A stretch of 63,078 nucleotides of DNA, counting the filler. It is 8 parts of 8 records of this genome, joined end to end, with 100 filler letters (N's around TTAATTAATTAA, not from the genome) between each part and the next. Parts side by side here need not be neighbours in the genome. Positions count along the whole stretch, not along the records: positions 57,399 to 63,078 come from SRR31156797_28576; 7 more parts are not named here. One strand, 5' to 3'. The position numbers and the translations under genes are program-made. A model generated the notes under the pieces. The model had not been told where the DNA came from. It saw only the letters and a program-made list of their open reading frames with translations, and ran no database searches. This document shows positions 59,508 through 63,078 of this stretch, in pieces; position 1 is the first letter of the stretch; every line of letters begins with the position of its first letter.

Positions 59508-61133
59508 ATCAGTCGAATACACGGTCACACACAGGGCCTGAAATCCGCCCAGATCAACAGGCTTCGCAAACTATACCGGAGAAAAATTCCACAGGATATA
59601 ATCATCGGACCGGAATTGGCCAAGGACATGGCCGAACTCTCGGAAGAAATCGGACGTCAGGTCGGCTTAATGATAGATCGGTCCGGAACAATCGCCTCGG
59701 TTATCGTCGGGGACGGCCGCGGGCTTTTTCTGCCCGACATGGGTCGCCAGCGGGGCGCCCTCACACGCCTGTCCGGCCTTAGGCTCGTCCATACTCATCT
59801 TGCCGGGGAAGGCCTCACCCAGGATGATATAAACGACCTGGCCCTATTAAGACTCGATCTTGTAGCCGCCCTTATTGTATCGCCTGACGACCGGCCTCCG
59901 GCCGTGGAAGCGGCTCATCTTTTACCCGCCAATTCCGGGGACAGCGAAGTCGCCAGGCTCAAGGCCTCTCACGCAGCCGCCCTTGACCTGGATTTTTCTG
60001 AACTATTTAGGTCGCTCGAAGAAGAATTCGCTTTCCGGCAAAAATCCGCGCGAAAATCCGCTGGGGCCGACATGACCCTTTTGGTCAGCATATCGTCCCT
60101 GCCCAAAGCCGACGCCGAAGACAGACTGGCCGAACTGGAAGAACTGGCCCGCACCGCAGGGCTGACCGTCCAGGATAAAATCGTTTACCGGTCCAGGAAT
60201 AAGAATTCAAGGCAAGTCCTCAGCCGGGAAAGGATTCACCAGTTAAATATTCGCGCTCTTCAGACCGGAGTGGATCTCCTGGTTTTCGACCGGAACCTCA
60301 CTTCGGCCCAGGTCAACCTTTTGGCCGACCAGACCGAGCTCAGGATCATTGACCGGACCCAGCTTATACTGGATATATTCGCTCAAAGAGCCCAAACCCG
60401 GGAAGGAAAGCTCCAGGTAGAAATGGCCCAGCTTAATTATCTTCTCCCCCGCCTAACCCTTAAAGATTCGGGCCTGTCCAGGCTGACAGGCGGCATAGGC
60501 GCCAGGGGGCCTGGCGAAACAAAACTCGAAATCAACAGGCGGCGGGTAAGGGAACGCATCGCCCGCCTTAGAAAAGACCTGGAAGCCATAAAGGCTCAAC
60601 GCGGTAAACACAGGGCCCGGAGAGCCAAGGCCGGCCTGCCCATAGTGTCCATTGTCGGCTATACCAACGCCGGAAAAAGCACGTTGCTGAATAATCTGAC
60701 CAAAAGCGACGTGTTGGCCGAAAATCGCCTTTTTGCAACCCTTGATCCGACATCCAGGCGTCTAAGGTTCCCCAGGGACAAGGCCATAATCATCACCGAC
60801 ACGGTCGGCTTTATCAGGGACCTGCCGCCCGATCTTGTTGAAGCCTTTGCCGCAACCCTTGAAGAACTTTCCGAGGCCGACCTGCTTCTTCATGTAATAG
60901 ACTCATCAAACCGGAGCCTGGACGACAACATAGCTACAGTGGAAAAACAGCTGTCAGATTTAGGACTTACGGAAAAACCCTTACTCAGGGTGCTTAATAA
61001 AACAGACCTTATCGGGGCCGATAATTCGGAAATTTTGGCCAGAAGGCTGGGGGCGGTCTCTATATCCGCCCTGGATTCCAACTCTTTTCCCCCGCTAATT
61101 GACGCCATTTCCGGACGCCTTGATTGGAACTGA
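59508..61133 (+). CDS. hflX: GTPase HflX, long N-terminal type, probable ATC start
   Basis: LVHTH, DRTQLILDIFAQRA, RGPGETKLE, G1 GYTNAGKST, FATLDPT, DTVGF, NKTD. The frame extends upstream of 59616 as ISRIHGHTQGLKSAQINRLRKLYRRK. Confidence 0.92.
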   Translation: MSRIHGHTQGLKSAQINRLRKLYRRKIPQDIIIGPELAKDMAELSEEIGRQVGLMIDRSGTIASVIVGDGRGLFLPDMGRQRGALTRLSGLRLVHTHLAGEGLTQDDINDLALLRLDLVAALIVSPDDRPPAVEAAHLLPANSGDSEVARLKASHAAALDLDFSELFRSLEEEFAFRQKSARKSAGADMTLLVSISSLPKADAEDRLAELEELARTAGLTVQDKIVYRSRNKNSRQVLSRERIHQLNIRALQTGVDLLVFDRNLTSAQVNLLADQTELRIIDRTQLILDIFAQRAQTREGKLQVEMAQLNYLLPRLTLKDSGLSRLTGGIGARGPGETKLEINRRRVRERIARLRKDLEAIKAQRGKHRARRAKAGLPIVSIVGYTNAGKSTLLNNLTKSDVLAENRLFATLDPTSRRLRFPRDKAIIITDTVGFIRDLPPDLVEAFAATLEELSEADLLLHVIDSSNRSLDDNIATVEKQLSDLGLTEKPLLRVLNKTDLIGADNSEILARRLGAVSISALDSNSFPPLIDAISGRLDWN

Positions 61134-61136
61134 ATA

Positions 61137-61607
61137 ATGGAAATCGTCTTGTACCAGCCTGAAATACCTCCTAATACAGGCAACATAGCCAGGCTCTGCG
61201 CCGCAACCGATATACACCTTCACCTGATAGAACCCCTGGGCTTTTCACTTGATGATAAATATCTCAAGCGCGCCGGCCTCGATTACTGGCCGGCCGTTAA
61301 ACTGACGGTTTGGCAGGACTGGAAAAACTTTACAGACGGATTAAATGGCAGCCGCCTTGTATTCACATCCGCTCGCCAAGGCGCCCCTTTACACCGTTTC
61401 GTTTTTAAAAACGACGACTTCCTGGTTTTCGGCCCCGAAACAAGAGGCTGCCCCCAAAGCATCATGCAGAATAATCCTGAAAATGTGGTCAACATTCCCA
61501 TCAGGGGACAGGTCAGAAGCCTGAACCTTTCCACTGCGGCCGGCATTGTTTTGTATGAAGCCCTGCGCCAGACCGGCGAATTGGAACGATGGAGCCAGGA
61601 TTATTAA
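61137..61607 (+). CDS. trmL: tRNA (cytidine/uridine-34 2'-O)-methyltransferase
   Basis: PEIPPNTGNIARLCA, KRAGLDYW, FGPETRG, RSLNLS...YEALRQ. Confidence 0.95.
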   Translation: MEIVLYQPEIPPNTGNIARLCAATDIHLHLIEPLGFSLDDKYLKRAGLDYWPAVKLTVWQDWKNFTDGLNGSRLVFTSARQGAPLHRFVFKNDDFLVFGPETRGCPQSIMQNNPENVVNIPIRGQVRSLNLSTAAGIVLYEALRQTGELERWSQDY

Positions 61608-61905
61608 ACCGGTCACCTTACCTTAACATCTTGATTATTAATCCAATTTAGTTCAATACAAATTCGGCTCCTAAAGCTTTCCAGAAGCAATCCGGCTTGA
61701 CTATAGGCGCCAAACGCCTCTGTTTTGGACGTCCGTATTATTTTCTTGCATAAACTTACTATAATTTGATAGAATTACAGTAAGCTTTGAATTCATGCAC
61801 CCAAAATGATGTTTTGGTAAATCATCTCTAGTTTGCACCCTGTCAGTATTGATACAAATACGTGTCAACGAATAACGCAATTCGTTGACAATAATGGGAG
61901 CAATT

Positions 61906-62268
61906 ATGTCGATTAAATATAATAAAAAAGGGTTTACCTTAATAGAAATAATGATCGTCATTGCCATCATCGGCATTTTGGCGGCCATTGCCATTCCGCA
62001 GTTCAGCGCTTATCGTCAGCGTGCTCAGAATAACGCTGCCAAGCAGGCGTTGCACCAATTGGCCAAGGCCCAGGAAGACTATTATATTCAAAACGAAACC
62101 TACACCCTGAACAGGGGTCTGCTGTTCGGGACCAGCGGGTGGACCGTGGAAAGTTCCGTTGTGGTGAATATTCTTAAGGCAGGGACATCATCCTGGTCGG
62201 GCACGGCCTCGCATACGGCTTCGCCGCTTGCCTGGACTTATTCCAGCGCCGCCGGCGGGCTCCAATAA
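61906..62268 (+). CDS. pilA: Type IVa pilin, short (111-aa mature protein)
   Basis: KKG|FTLIE prepilin cleavage site; hydrophobic helix IAIIGILAAIAIPQFSAYR. Confidence 0.88.
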   Translation: MSIKYNKKGFTLIEIMIVIAIIGILAAIAIPQFSAYRQRAQNNAAKQALHQLAKAQEDYYIQNETYTLNRGLLFGTSGWTVESSVVVNILKAGTSSWSGTASHTASPLAWTYSSAAGGLQ

Positions 62269-62297
62269 CATACTTGTCCAAGTGATGTTAAATATCG

Positions 62298-62333
62298 GAG
62301 GGGCGCATCCCCCATGGGCGCCCGTCTTTTTTT
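62298..62333 (+). terminator. Terminator-like (possibly REP-derived) hairpin after the pilin
   Basis: GGGCGC...GCGCCC followed by TCTTTTTTT. Confidence 0.55.
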
Positions 62334-62599
62334 CTAACCTGATGGTCTGCAAAGCGCCCTGCGATTTATCCAGGATTGAGGACGTAATTGGCGTTCTGGG
62401 GATAAAGATTATCTATTTAGGCTACATAGGAGAGATTACTTCGTCGCTTTGCTCCTCATAAGAGCATAGGTCAGAAATATAGACGCCTGACCGACAACCG
62501 GTTATGTCGCCCGAGTGCGATATTTTAGGCGCCAACCGCACTCATTTGTTCTTCTAATAATCGGGCGAACTCACCCCAAGCCATTAACGCAATGAATCA

Positions 62600-63076
62600 T
62601 TAGAATCCCAGGCCGAGAGCCTTTCCCGCGATCATCACCCCCAGGCTCAGCATGTAAGCTATGGCGGTTGTGTAAACAACTGAAAAGACTGCCCACCGCC
62701 AGCCGGTCTCCCTGCCGATTACCACCAGCGTGGCAAAACAGGGAGAATACAGCATTACAAAAAGCATAAGGCAAAATGCTGTTAGAGGATTCCAGCCCGG
62801 TTCGGCCGCCAACCTGTTTTTCAACGATTCTTCCTGGTCCACATTGGAATCGCTCATGGAGTAGGAGGTTCCAAGCGTGGATATGATCACTTCCTTGGCC
62901 GCGAATCCGCCAATCAGAGCAATATTCGTTCTCCAGTCAAATCCCAACGGGCTGGTCACGTTTTCCAGGGCCGCCCCCAACCGGCCGGCATAAGACCGCC
63001 TCAGAGCGGCATGCGCCCGGGCTCCGTCAAGTTCCGCCATTTCACTTTGATATCTCAGAAAATCCCCGGCCGCTTT
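62600..63076 (-). CDS. feoB: Ferrous iron transporter FeoB, C-terminal fragment
   Basis: SYAGRLG, PLGFDWR, GFAAKEVIISTLG, YSPCFATL...RETG; frame open to the window edge. Confidence 0.93.
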   Translation of the reverse strand, partial: KAAGDFLRYQSEMAELDGARAHAALRRSYAGRLGAALENVTSPLGFDWRTNIALIGGFAAKEVIISTLGTSYSMSDSNVDQEESLKNRLAAEPGWNPLTAFCLMLFVMLYSPCFATLVVIGRETGWRWAVFSVVYTTAIAYMLSLGVMIAGKALGLGF

Positions 63077-63078
63077 TT

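Noticed and set aside
59399-59782. 127-aa ORF overlapping the hflX 5' end, suggesting a frameshifted start or leader gene
   Set aside because: No recognisable motif and no slippery site seen. An in-frame ATC with a strong SD explains the hflX N-terminus more simply, though a regulatory role is not excluded.
61810-61840. Possible sigma54 promoter upstream of the pilin (TGGTA...TTGCA)
   Set aside because: The spacing between the GG and GC elements is too long for a -24/-12 promoter.
1-63078. CRISPR arrays, tRNA/rRNA genes, transposases, integrases, prophage or defence genes
   Set aside because: None recognised by eye or in the ORF track; small structured RNAs cannot be excluded without an Infernal/Rfam search.

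Overview
This window is not one continuous locus. It joins eight unrelated contigs with identical 100-bp spacers (44 N + TTAATTAATTAA + 44 N); all taxonomic labels below are inferred from composition and gene style. (1) 1-8876, AT-rich, Arcobacteraceae-like: carB 3' end, then a type I secretion locus with a PAS-fused HlyD adaptor, an atypical LuxR regulator, a TolC with a SPOR-like tail, an ABC ATPase and the start of a large adhesin. (2) 8977-18035, Bacteroidota-like: MltF-like protein, TPR histidine kinase, GH2 glycosidase, sulfatase, acetolactate decarboxylase homolog. (3) 18136-26074, GC-rich, Alphaproteobacteria-like: DUF58, GST, aldo/keto reductase, cupin, TAXI-TRAP transporter, arsR-arsM, UxaA end. 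(4) 26175-31727, Arcobacteraceae-like flagellar genes fliK-fliR-flhB-TPR-fliI. (5) 31828-40261, Spirochaetota-like sugar uptake and catabolism cluster with a divergent Rpe-family enzyme and paired operator repeats. (6) 40362-52131, low-GC organism: probable 3,6-anhydrogalactose dehydrogenase and cycloisomerase with GntR, plus ADH, MalT-like regulator, HtrA and LacI. (7) 52232-57298: trpE-trpGD-trpCF-trpB operon. (8) 57399-63078, Desulfobacterota-like: rplI-dnaB, hflX, trmL, type IV pilin, feoB end. Best leads: the PAS-HlyD T1SS, the anhydrogalactose pathway, the divergent epimerase regulon, a non-AUG start for hflX, an aromatic-rich short pilin and a leaderless arsR. All family calls come from motif recognition; no database searches were run.
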